This document shows, piece after piece, positions 9,117 to 22,400 of a stretch of DNA of 64,000 nucleotides (positions are counted from its first letter, which is position 1; the number at the start of each line of letters is the position of its first letter). The DNA is from a virus. Where the stretch lies: positions 17,288 to 81,287 of IMG/VR virus record IMGVR_UViG_3300030102_005560; one strand, given 5' to 3'. A program made the position numbers and the translations under genes. Under the pieces are notes generated by a model that saw only the letters and a list, made by a program, of their open reading frames with translations, was not told the origin of the DNA and searched no databases.

Positions 9117-10387
9117 GTGAGATGCCAGCAGGAGTCCCGATAAGGCTAGTTCAGGAGAACGGAAAACTCATCGAGTTAGACGCTACCAACATGACCCTCT
9201 CTACAGAGCGTAAGGTCGGCGGCGCACCGATGCCCTTCACAGGCAGCCTGAGGCTAGGCGCTGACTTCAACGTCAATACGGCACTCATCAACATACAGGG
9301 TGTCATCGTGGATGACCGAGAAGGCTCCTCTAGCGCCAAGGCCTCCAGCCTCATCAACTTCGGCAGGCAGGGCGGCTCCAACATCTCTAGGGCTTGGGCT
9401 ACGTATGACAACGTCAATTCGCTTCTGGACAGAGGCATCAAGAAGATAGTATTCGAGAATGCCGCTGGCACTGATAAGGTAGTCACCTTCACCGAGAGCG
9501 GCTCCCTCATCAGCGGCGAGGTCGCTGCATACAGCGCCACTGGTGGTACTAATAACACTCCGACCGTGTTGGTGTACCTCTCACCTGACTTGCAGAGCGC
9601 ATCAGACACGACAGTGGAGAACGCACAGAGGCTCCTTGCCAAGAAGGTCGCATCGGCGGTGGCTGCCCTTATCAATGCGCAGCACTCATCCACGCTCACT
9701 GCTGCTGTGGAGACGGTTGCTGACTATGAGGGTGCAAGGGACACCTACGGTGTGAGAGTAACCCAAGTGTCCTTCGGTGCCACGGGCAACAACGCATCAC
9801 CGTACTGGACCATAGGCGGCTCCAACAACACGTACAACTCGGTGCTGTTCTCACAACCCGACCAGACCACCTTCTCTGGTGGCATCACTGGTGGCAAGAA
9901 GTCCGCTGGTGACAAGGCCATGGACCTGTATGGCATACTCAACAACAGCGTGACTGACACAGGCAGGAAACTAGCAGGCGTCGGCGCTGTCGTAGGTGGC
10001 CTTGCTGGTGCGGTTTTTGGAGGACCAGCGGGTGTCGTGGGAGGCGGCGCATTGGCGCTTAGTGGCCTCTCTACAGTAGTCCGCTCTACGGAGGATGACA
10101 GGAAGGACTACATCATCGGCATACAGATACCATACAACTCCACCATAACCTCCACGGACGGCGAACTCTACACGGCAAGGAACTTCTTCATGCCCACTGG
10201 TTTCGGCAAGCATGGCCTTGACAAGACGTCAGTGAACAACACCAATCCAGCCAGTGTCGAGTTCGATACCGGCGATGCGTTCACTGGAATACAAGGTGCC
10301 GTCCAGAAGATGGACATAGCATACGATGCTGGTGAGACTGTGTACAACTTCAACATGCTATTCGCTCCGGTAGACGTGCTGATTTGA
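9113..10387 (+). CDS. Distal tail (Dit-like) protein with inserted domain
   Basis: Follows tape measure; N-terminal beta motifs (LINIQGVIVD) and C-terminal GAVQKMDIAYDAGETVYNFNMLF. Confidence 0.5.
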   Translation: MSEMPAGVPIRLVQENGKLIELDATNMTLSTERKVGGAPMPFTGSLRLGADFNVNTALINIQGVIVDDREGSSSAKASSLINFGRQGGSNISRAWATYDNVNSLLDRGIKKIVFENAAGTDKVVTFTESGSLISGEVAAYSATGGTNNTPTVLVYLSPDLQSASDTTVENAQRLLAKKVASAVAALINAQHSSTLTAAVETVADYEGARDTYGVRVTQVSFGATGNNASPYWTIGGSNNTYNSVLFSQPDQTTFSGGITGGKKSAGDKAMDLYGILNNSVTDTGRKLAGVGAVVGGLAGAVFGGPAGVVGGGALALSGLSTVVRSTEDDRKDYIIGIQIPYNSTITSTDGELYTARNFFMPTGFGKHGLDKTSVNNTNPASVEFDTGDAFTGIQGAVQKMDIAYDAGETVYNFNMLFAPVDVLI

Positions 10388-10402
10388 TTCGAGGGAAGTG
10401 AT

Positions 10403-13400
10403 GTGTCAGTACTCAGTCGTAGCAACCACGCTTTCTTCTTCGATGGTGTGAGTGACAGCATCATCGTTCCTGATGGTCCCTTCATACTAGGCAAGAGGGA
10501 CTCCTTGGGTAACACGAGCGTCAAGGAGTTCCTAGACGATGACAATGCGGACCCGCAGTTGTCAATCACCTCAGGCTTGTACAGCAACGAGTTGACCATA
10601 GAGGCTTGGCTCATGCCTGACTGCGGTGGCACGGTAGTCGAGAAGTCAGGGCAGTTCAAACTCACCGTGGGCAACGTGGACACTCCCGGCCCCGCTACCT
10701 TCGGCATATATCTCAACAACGGCAGCAGTGACGAGTACCATGAGATAAGCACGGGTAACAAGACTGCCACGAGATATGAGGGAACGGTGTACCCCGCTTC
10801 CGAGTTCGGTGGTATACACGAGTCCTACAACAGGTTTGACACTTCCACCTATGGAACGGCGACCGATTTGAACAGGAATCACAGGCAACTGCTTCACGTC
10901 ATAGCCACCTTCAGGGAGAAGGGGCTAGAGTTGTACGTGAATGGTCAGATAATGGCATCCAAGAGCCTGAAGGACGTCCCTCGGACGATAGCGAAGAGCA
11001 ACTCGAACATATACATCGGTGGCAAGGGAGGGCAATTCAGAGGCGTCATGGAGGCCATTCACATCAAGGGTGGCTTCAAGCAAGGCATGACGCACGGCAA
11101 GTCTCCCCTCAAGGATGACACCACCATGCTCCTATACAGATTCGAGGAACCAATATCACCAATAGAGAAAGAGTACGCCTTCACGTCCATAACCAATGAC
11201 TTCAATGACGCTGGTCTGAGCACGATATCAATCAGCGCTTCTGATGCCCAAGCCATAGCGACTCTCCTGACTGGTAAGGCTGCTGACCTCTCCAACTTCC
11301 CCAACGGCAATCTGGACTTCACAGTCACGCCCTACAGTTCTGGCAAGTACACAGTCGTGCACCCCACCTCTGGAAACAAGTACATACCTCACGTGCCCTA
11401 CAACCTCCTAATCAATCCCAATTCTATAGACAGGAAGACGAGGAAGCCGAACCAGACTCCCCCTGAGAGAGTCAGGCTGCACTCGATAGACTCCATGTTC
11501 GGCGCTGCTACCCTGACGGTATCCAGCGTGCATCTGGACCATGACAGGGGTGTAGCCAACGATGGGCTCATGGGTGTCCTGAACAAGAGCAGGACCACTG
11601 ACTCTGATGACTACTTCGTCATCATCAGCGCTGACCTGCTCATAGACTCGGGCACTGGTAGACCCTACCAACCACCTCACTTCTCCACGCAGATAATTGA
11701 CAGGACAGGCCAGATGGTGATAGACGAGAGCAACTACGAACGACATGGTCTAGTGTACTCGTCGAGAATGGCAACTTCCACAGTCGATACGGACAACCCA
11801 TTCGCTCCAGTATGGTACTCCTCAGTGCCTAGCGAGTTCCAGATAGGACACAGCGGCAGGCACGTTAAGAACCACGTTGACGGTCACCCGTTCCTCAGAA
11901 TGCTCCCCGATGCCAATGAGGAGATTGTAGACCTGAAGGGAGACGGGCAGGCTGATTTGATTGACATAATCTACGACCAGATGCAGGATGGCGTGGAGCA
12001 TCAGATATCGGTCAATAGCAGGGTCGATGTGTTCAGGGACCTGAACGACCTACCCATCAACAGCATAACCAACACTACCACAGTCACACAGGTAGTCAAC
12101 ACGTACCAAGACACTGGGAGCCCACCGACGGGCAAGAGGAAACTCCTAGCGATAGGTGGTCCTCAGATGGACTTCAGACCATTCGCTCTGAAAGGCCCCG
12201 TCCCACTCGTGGGTGAGGAGTACGCCTCCGACATCAGGAAGCATCATCTCAGGCCCTCTTCGCAAAGTCGAGTCGCCCTCCTTCACGTACCCCAACTGTC
12301 CACTAGCAACATCAAGTTCGCTCCCTACGTGGAGATACACTACAATGCCATGGACCTCACTGGTGCGAGCATGTACAAGCCGGTTACCGCTGGCTCATTC
12401 GTCTCTGGGCAGACGTACATCATAGTCAGCATCGGGGACACTAACTTCACTACGATAGGGGCATCCGCTAACACTGTAGGCTTGATATTCGAGGCGACCG
12501 GAACAGGCTCAGGCACAGGCACAGCGCGACCCTACCACCCGATGCTCATGGTCGAGAAGACAGTGCCTGCATCCGATGTATCGATAGGCGCTGGCTCCTA
12601 CGTCTATGATGCGATAGCCGATTCCATATCATCGGGTAAGACCCTGTATGCCGCTGGTGGTGTCATAGACTTCGATGTCGGGAAACTACAGACGAACAGC
12701 AACATGCTTCAACCGCACAACCTGATTGGTGACAACAGCGAGGGCTACGCAGCAGACAGCGATGTCGATGAGACCTCCTCCCCTGCCAATTACACTCCTC
12801 GTGAGAGTGATTCTTCTGAGAACAAGACTCCATCTGTCATACTCGACTCCACCAGCAGCGGAAGGAGCCACGAGTCGGTGTTCAACAAAGTCAGACTATC
12901 CAAGCCCGGTCACAAGCACTCGCTCAATGACATAGGGGACTACTCCAGAGTTGAGCCACAGACAGTGCCCGGCTCACCCTCGACTGGTGAGTTCGACACT
13001 GGTATCACAACCTCGCACTCGCACGTTCACGAGGTGTTCGACATCATCGACAACGTCCCTCTGGTAAACGACAGCATCTCCAACATGAGCCTGATACTGC
13101 AACCCTCTGACAGGAGCAGGACCAATCAACTCAGCAGGGCGAAGTCCCTTCTAGACTCATTCGACACACCCAGCCAATTCAAGATAATGTGCATGATGAG
13201 CAGAGCGAGAGTCAGAAGCATAAAGGAGAACGACGCTGCTGACAAGGGGAACTACACGGTAGTGCATTGCGTCGGGCTATCCGAGTCAGCAGCGTCCAGA
13301 AACGTCGACTTCGTTGGCACTGGTAGCCCCGACTCCCACATAGTCAAGGAGATTGAGCCCAATGCGCCCGTGGTAACGGTCACACTGGGTGGTCCGGGTC

Positions 13401-16400
13401 AGGGTGCGATGGACACCAAGCCGCTGTACCACAAGAGCAAACTAGCCCATGAGTCGTACTCCACCAGAAGAGCGTATGCCGTAGAGGCAGTGAAACTGGA
13501 GATGGACTTCCTCTCTGGCACTGGCACTCTGCACATCAGACCCCTGAACAACAACTCGGATGACCTCGCCAGTTGGGGCACGTACGGCTTCCCCCGCTAT
13601 GGTAGCATCTACATGCCGGATGGCAGCAGCGCGAAGTACTCATCCAAGACCGGAACCTCATTCTCATTCGTGGCATCATCACTTGGCTCCGGTGACTACC
13701 TATCGTCATCCGGCTCGGAGTACACCACGATAGCCCAACTGCTCAATGCGATTGGGCTGATGGCAGGCTCCACCAGCGGTGTCGTGGAGATATACGGCAA
13801 CTTCACCATATACAGCGAGCCTGACTTCGGTGACGAGTCGAACATAGAGAACGGGACAACCGTGAATGACAAGATGCACCAGAGCCTCAACGACGTCCAA
13901 CACGACTACCAACTAGGTACGCAATACGCAAGCACCAGAGCGCTTGTAGAGATACCGCTCTTCGCCAACCAGTTCTTCAAGAGCACCATCGGCCCTGATA
14001 ACGGGTTCAAGATTCACTTGGATGCCACTCACACAGCACATACCTACAACCCATCTCCTGTCGGTAGGAGGCCGAAGGGCACCAGTCCCGCAGACAGGGA
14101 GGCCGAATCAGCATACTCCTTCGCCATGGCAAACAGGCAGTACGTCTCATCATCCACAGTGAAGAAGTGGACCGATACGAGAACCGTGAAGAGACTCTAC
14201 GTCTCCAACATCAGCATATTCCCTGACTCATCCACATCGACTGACACGTATCAGGGAATCACTAACGCATTCAGGTACAGAAAGATAAACCTCGCCAATG
14301 GCGAGTACGCATACTACACTAACGTGAATACCTCCAATGGGTATCTGGATATCCTCAATACCGAATATGGCTACAGCCCCGAGTTCTTCGACTCTCTGGA
14401 AGCAGGCATCACGGTCTTCCTGAACGAGTCCAGATTGAACAAGGAACTACCACCCATGTTCTCTGACAGCATCAGCCAGTCCTCCGACTTCGAGAACAGG
14501 AGCGAGTACTACCATGACTCAGCCAGCGTCAAGACACAGGGAGGGAATGTGGATTACGGTCTCAGGCAGTACGTCACGGCAGTCGAGTTCAAGGCCGGTC
14601 CCGAGAGCAACCCACACGCACCTAGGGTAGGACCGAGAAGGGCTACAGGCAAGGTGCTCAGCGAGTTGAAGACATCTCTCGGTAACGACGAGTTCGCCTT
14701 GACGCTCACACTCAGTCCGGATGAGTTCTCCACGTTCCCGAATCTCGGGTATGACACTCTGTCAGAGGCACCATTGGAAGCGGGAGAACTAATCTACGAA
14801 GTGCAGTACGATGACTCTGGTACGATTCACAGGTACCACTACCATGGCAACCTCAAGACTGTAGGCTCACTGACCACACCAGAGAACAGCATCACCCTGA
14901 CTTACACCACCACAGGTGGCTTTACCTCGTACCCAGTCTCGATACTCAACAAGAGGATAACGCTCAGCAGGAAGGCCTCTAGGGTCCTGCGAGAGACCTC
15001 GGCGTTCGGTACTGGCTACACCTACTACGAGGGAGGCACCGTCTACAGGGAACTCTTCAACAACATGAACATAGACACCACCATCGCCATACAGCAGAAT
15101 GACTCCTCCAGCAATCCCGAGTCCCTGATACAACTCACGATGCCAAGCAACAGGACCCTGCATGACCTCCATAACATCAGCGTCAAGAAGGATGACGAGG
15201 TGTACTACTACGTCGATACCACCACTGATGAGTTGAGGAAGATAGGAACGGTAACCAGAGTCGTCAGCGGTGAGGGGTCCAACAACACCACCATACACCT
15301 GAGTGCCAATGCCCCTACAATACCAGCCAGTGCCAAGTTAGCAGTAGCAATGGGTGACTACGAGGACAAGGACGCTATCCTCAATGCCCATTGGCTGAAC
15401 CCGTACGCTCCGGGTGGCCTCAGGAACGGTGACACCATCTGGGCCAACATGTCCTACAACAACCCGCATGCCGTAGAGGGGCTGTTCGCCAAGAGCAGAG
15501 GAGTGTACAACGAATCACAAGTCTGGACGGAGTTCAATGGCGGCACCGGGTCACTCAACAACTCACCGAGGGACAGCATACCGATAGAGAACTTCATGAT
15601 AGGCAAGACGTGTCTGGAGACTGCTAGGAACTACGTGCAGCACGTCAATCGGACGATAGAGGAGAACTACCTCGCACTGGGACTCACTGCATCCCAAGCA
15701 CCCACAGTGGCGTTCGTCGACCCCTATCTATCCACTCCCACCCATGCTAGAGTGCTGCTGTACGATACGGCGCACGATAGGGAGTTCGTGGCATTTCAAG
15801 ACATCTTCATGCAGGTGCAGACGAGCCCAGAGACAACCCAACTGGGATGGCGAAAGGAGGTCGTAGAGGGCAGTGCGAGGAAGCCGTTGCACAAGGTCAA
15901 TGCCCAATACGCGGGTAGCGGACCGAGCCCTTGGACCACGCAGATTGACGTCACTAACGGATACCCCTCGCAGAACCCGTTCATCAGGAGCACCCAGCAA
16001 TCTAAATTCATAGAGAGCGCGTATGCACATGACCTAGCCAATAGGCAATCCAGCGACCTATTGGGGAGCACTGTCCCCACTGGTTCCTACACCCTACCCA
16101 CTGATGGTAGGAGCAGCACCAGCGTCAGGATATACGGAAAGGCCCATGGTCATCACGTGCACACCGAGTACTCCCTCGGTGGCACTCTGTCCAACATCAG
16201 GCTCGGTAACAGCACCGTTCCCAGAACCAACGACTCCGTGGTGCTCCACAAGGTCGCAGATGAACTGCACTTCCTAGGTAGGAAGCCTGCTGGTACGAAC
16301 GTAGACGTATTCACCAAAGAACTAATCAAACTGAGAGAGGGCACCACTGGGGCTACCTTCAGAGACCCCTCCACCTTCTTCGATACGCCAGATGGCACTA

Positions 16401-19400
16401 GAGTGATACCAGCCTTCCTATGTCTCAGAGGCATAAGGGCAGAGTCGCTGGACCTGACATCACACGAGGAGGGCAGACTGCAACACCTGCCCGAGTGGAA
16501 GGACATGGACTTCGTCAGGAGACTGACTGTGGACATGGGCGTCGTCAAGAACAAGGAAGGAGTGGTGAACATCACAAAGGCTGCCGAGGAGGTAGTGAGG
16601 CTAATCAACCAACACGGCGCTCTGACTGCAAGGACAGAGAACGGTTCCGCTCATGACCCCTCACCCTTCTGGCACGTCGATGACAAGAACAAGGGCACGC
16701 ACATGGGTTACCTACGTGCGCACATAGGGAGGGAGGTCAGGGACCTCAACGGTGACATAGGGGTATCAGTGGTCATACACAGCACGGTCCCCGGTGCGAC
16801 AGGCAGGAACTTCTGCGTCTGGTTGGACAACAGCACTGGGCAGGATACCTACCAACCAGAGTTCATGATAGGTCACGGTGGTAGATGGAGGAACTTCTGG
16901 GCTCTACCCGAGGAGACCGAGGGCGAACTCATGCATCCAGCACCCATGCCCCTCAACAAGCATGGAAGGCCGTTCGCCCCCATCACCACCTTGCAGCAGT
17001 ACATCACATCGGAGGAGAGCGGGGAGGACGTACAGAGCGTCGCTGACTTCGAGGACGACTCAGTGCTGAGAGCAGTCTCCGACTCCATCAGCGGCAAGAG
17101 CCACAACTCAATCAATGCGGAGTCTCTTGACGTCAAGGGTTCATCATCAACATTCGTCAAAGGCCTGCGCACTGGTTCTCGTGCGATGGCCAGAATCAAC
17201 TTCGGTGGCCTAGTGGCAAGCGGTGTACCGGGATGGGCACCTAACGCTGGCAAATGGGGCTTCGGCAAGGTGAACGACTCCTCCTTCGATAACAGGTACG
17301 GAGAGTCCACGAGCACCAGTTACGGGTCGTACGTCCCTGCTGCTGACATACTACCGGACAACGTGGGCACGTCCAATATCTACGGCTTCAGATTCAAGGA
17401 CAACGTGGGTACCGAGCACGGCGTGAGGTACATCTACAGGAGGGATGGAGATTCCTTCTCCAATGAGAACACAGTGCTACCCACAACCATAGAGGAGGAG
17501 GTGTGCGTCTTCTTCGATGACAGGGACGTCGCGCAAGGCGGCTTCACGATAGGCAACTCGATGCAAGGTGACAATGACGCTACCGGGAGAATGGACTTCA
17601 CTTTCGTCAGTGAGACTCTAGGCAACAAGTGGAAGGGTGCTAGATGGAGAGGAGTGAGTGCTCCCAATGCTGCTACGCTAGTCACAGCCAGCGTCAGTAG
17701 CACCACCATGACCATAGCGTTCCAAGCGCCCTTCGATACTTCCTTCACCGATGACAAACTAGGTTACCTCGGCTTCCCCAGAGAGAATGGTATAATCCAA
17801 ATCACCGATGAGGATGGGGATGGCGATGCGGATGTCGGTCTCACTCTCTCATACGGCAGCAGGAGCGGGACACAGTTCTTCGATGTGCTAGGGCTACCCG
17901 GCTCTTGGACGAGCGGTGACTACCTCATCACCTCGGTCTTGAACTGGACTTGCCTCGTAACGGATGAGTTAATCGCGGCTGCGACTGCTGCTGCAATCAA
18001 CGCTGGCAATGAGATAAACAATCCAGACGGACTCAAGTTCGATTGCAGAGACATGTACGCCACTGATGGTAGGACCTTCGGCGAATGGGGCGTGAGGGAA
18101 GATGCGATAACCATCAGGGCGTTCAATCCCAGCAAGAACGTCGCACCTCTCAACGAGTCTTTCTCAGCCACCCTCCACAGGGACTTCGGAATACACGCCG
18201 CGCACCTAGAGTTCGGTGAGTTGAAGAAGACAGTCAGACCCACTGGTGCCGCTAGTTGGAACTTCGACACCTCAAGAGCACTGACTGATGCAGTCATAGA
18301 CGGTAGCAGAAACGTGGATTGCGGATACCTGCCCTTCAACATACTCAAAATAGACAGTGTCGCAAGAGGCCCTCACGCCAACACAGCAACTCCCTTGTTC
18401 GTTGATTCCAAGAACAACAAAGCGAGCACTAAGGAGTGGGCTCGTGGTCTCAAGGGGCTCAGTTTCACCAGAACCTCAGGAGACCACATACTACCAAAGA
18501 TAGACAACCCGTTGACGAGATACGAGACCGCTTGGACCGCGATAAGCGAGTTGGTAACCGATGGTGAGTTCTCAGAGGGATTCACTGGTGCCATAGCCGT
18601 GGACACTGGCAATCCCACAAACGAGATAGTGGTAGGTGACCTAATCGCTGATAACGCTGATAGGGTGCTGGGCCGAGTCACAGCACGAACCTCTACGAGC
18701 ATCACCTTGGACAGCCTCAGAGTCAGCATCGCTGACAACCTGATAATCAACAAGAGACAGTCACTCGACAACTCCACCAAGAACTGGCAGAGCAGCGTCA
18801 CTCTGTCAGCATCTATGTTCCACTTCGCCATACCAGCGGGACAAGTAACTGGTTCCATCATAAAGTCACTAGGGGAGAGGAAGAGAGTCTACCTATCACC
18901 ATCAGCATCAGTGGTGGCTGAGAGCAAGGTCGGTACCAGCAGCGACACAGTGCTCCAATGGGACATAGACAACTCGATAGGGAACATGCCTAGGGAAATC
19001 ACCTTCAACAGAAACCTACTATCCACTCATACGAATCCCGACTTCGATGGGTTGCGTTCCGTGGGTAGCGTGTTCTCGGAGCCCATCGTGATGTTCAGAG
19101 GCGGTAGGAGCAGCAAGGACCACAGCGTCCCTCTGTTCTTCGGTGGTGGCTTCAGTGGCGTCACCCTCGACGTCAACGACGGCACTCAGAACGACTACTC
19201 GTCATTCTACACCCACCCATATGCAAACGGACCAACTGGTGTGGCTGGGATACAGAATGCGAATGAGATATCCACGAGTTTCGCCATGCTGGATGCCAAC
19301 GCCATGTTCGCATTCTTCCCCGGTGCTGCGCTGTGCAACCAGCATCGTGGTAGCATCACTCCACCTGCGTTCAACAAGGACAACGTGCTTGCACCTGACT

Positions 19401-22400
19401 TGCATAGCACCACAACCCTAGCGAGCGACGTGGTCACAGCGAAGCCAGTGCCTTTAGTGCTCAGGTTCCCACACCCCACAGCGAGGTACGAGGACCATCT
19501 CGATGGCACTGAGAACAAGACCACGTACCTCGTCTTCGGTCCCGGTCAGGCCTTCCCATTCACTAGGGAGGCTGCTGACGGCACTGGTCTAGGACACTCC
19601 AGCGCAGACACGGGCAATAGGTTCGAGCCCAATCCCGGACTCATAGTCACAGCGACCAACAACTCGACATGGGCGTCCGTACCAGACAGCGACGGGCAAT
19701 CTAACCTGCTGTTCCCCAACTCCATCGACAACGACAACTACGCATTCGGCCCATTGACCAAGACACGATACAACGACACTGCTGGCTTCCATTGGAGAGC
19801 GATGGTCAACTGGGAGACCCCGGCAGGTTATTGCATGAAGGGGAAGTTCCTGCAAAGACCATCACATGGAAGGCACTATGGACAGCAGTTCAGCGATGCC
19901 ACACCGTACAACGTCATCCACCTCCTACCGATACACCCCAAGATGCACACTCCGGTGATAGCATACGGTATAGCGATGGCCGCCGACACGGTATGGCACA
20001 TGGATGGTGGCTTCCATCCCGGTGGGCACTGGATGGACAACCAAATCACATTCAACCCGCCGCACCCATCAGCCTCCAGTAGAATCAACGGCACCTCTTG
20101 GCCGAGAGCAGACCAGATACACCCAGCCGCATTCAGGGTATCAGGAGCCATGCTGAGCAAGACTCTCGATTACATAGGCTCCTCCGATACCGTCACCACC
20201 AACGACTCCAAGATGGAGTACATCGTTGTGGATGCCACACGCGCACAGAACGGCGAGGAACTGGCAACCGTTCTAGGGGCAGCGATAAACGCATTCCCCG
20301 GTGGTGGTGCCTTGAAGGCACTTGGAGGTACTCACATGCCCTCGATGGGTAACTCCCTGAGGCAGGACAGGTACGGCTGGGTCTCCGTAGGAACGTCCTC
20401 GAACGGGGTGCAGCAGGCAACGTCAGTATCACCCAATCAAATAACCAACTTCATCACAGTCGATACGGGTAACCCGAATCAGGTCACGGCAGAGCAGGTG
20501 CCAGCCTCAGGATGGCTGAGAGCGCATGTGGGCAATGCAGTGAGTTGGGCTTGCTACCACTCTAGGGAGATAAACGCAAGCGGTGACATTACCTTCCTAC
20601 TGGCACCCAACAGGATAGAAGGCAAAAGCGAGTTCGAGGACAAGGAGACTTGGGAGGACCATGCGAATGGTAGCGCTGATGACTTCGCAGCAGTAGCCAG
20701 CAACGCCACCATATTCGTATGGTCCAAGGCTGGTACGATACGCTTCAACAACGAGAATGACAGCACCCGCGACCACATGACGCAGGTCCACTTCTCCGGC
20801 ATAGCAGATGCGATAGACAGGACGAAACCAATCGGCGCAGTCGGCTGGCACGGAGAGAGGTACTCGCATCTCAACAGCCTCAAGATTTCAGTCTCTACAG
20901 TCAAGAACGGTGCAACGAGCACCACAACTGGATACGCTGCTGGTCTCGGTGCCTATCATCCAAGTCTAGCATTCTCCCCCTACGGCACTGCCGGGACCGT
21001 GATGAGCGTGCATAGTTCGGTGCCGGTAGTCGCACCCATGAAGCACAGCCCAGAGAGCGTCTCCCCAGTCGATGGCATAGGAACCAATGTGGCTGAGGCT
21101 CTCACCAAGAGCAGGTTCTACGTCAACTTCCCAGATGCCAATGGAGATGGTTGGTCAACAGGCACGCTCACCCCCTACTTCCAAGACAGCGACATCACCA
21201 CTGGTAGCGTTACCCACTGGTCGTCGCCCACCAACTACACCACCACCCTACCTGAGGAACTGACACACCCGCAAGGCGTGTACACCAGTGCGTTCCTAGT
21301 GGTCAGTTATGAGTGCGAGACTGCGCTAAAGAACAAGTACGACCGTGACCTGATACAGTGCAATGGCGACTGGCTCCATCTCAAGACGACGAGCACCAAC
21401 AAGATACGTTCTGCTGGTACATCCCAGTTCGACCCTAGGATACACAACCAAGACAGGTTCACCGCACCAGCCAACGCAGGTCCGAATGTGGAGGCACTCA
21501 TAGTCAGCGGCACCTCAGTACCCACTGGTGATGAGAGCGTCGCCAACTGGTCAGACAGCGTGACTTGGTCATTCTTCACAGCGTTCAGCGACAAGACGGA
21601 CAAGGACAACGACCTGTCCATGAAGAACGCGATACCCGGCCTCAACAAGACGGGTGACCTGCTATTCGACCTAGACCAGAGCATAGGCTCAGCGCTTCTC
21701 CAAACTGGAGACGCCAAGAGGAACGTATCATCTGACAAGTACACCGGCACTGCCTACACAGCCAGCACCGGCAACAGCGTATCATATCCCACCGAGTACT
21801 GGATGGGTGACGTCAACGCCTTCCAGATGTACGAGAACTCACCAGTGAAGAACTTCACAGTGGAGAACGTCGTATGGAAGAGAATGGATGGCGGTAACCT
21901 ATCACTACCAGCGATAAACGCCCGTGGTCTCGGTGCAGTTCCTTGGGTCACTAGGGTGGACACAACGGGTTCATCCGACGTATCGTACCTGACTGGAGAG
22001 AAGGTGTACGGTAACGTGCGCTTCTCCTTCGAGACTACGAACAGTGCCATGATGCCTGTGTTGCAGGCTCAGGAACTAGCCCATCCTGAGTTCATCAAGA
22101 AGGTACCGTACTCAGTGGGTGGCGTGCTAGAGATACCAAACGAGGAGGTGCAGTTCCAGAGCATCAGCGTCATCGATGACAGCGGGCAGGAGCATGTGCT
22201 GGAAGGTGGGAGCCCATTAGGCACGGTCATCAGAGGATTCAGGACACCACCAGACAGAGGCGTCAATGGGAAAGCACCAGCGCTCGCCAATAGCGGTAAC
22301 ACGCCCAACCTGAAGGTGATGCTACCTAACCCCGACTCCATACCCGGCAACCTCATCGTACGCTCTGGTTTCGACCCCATACAGGCCTACCAGAACGAGA

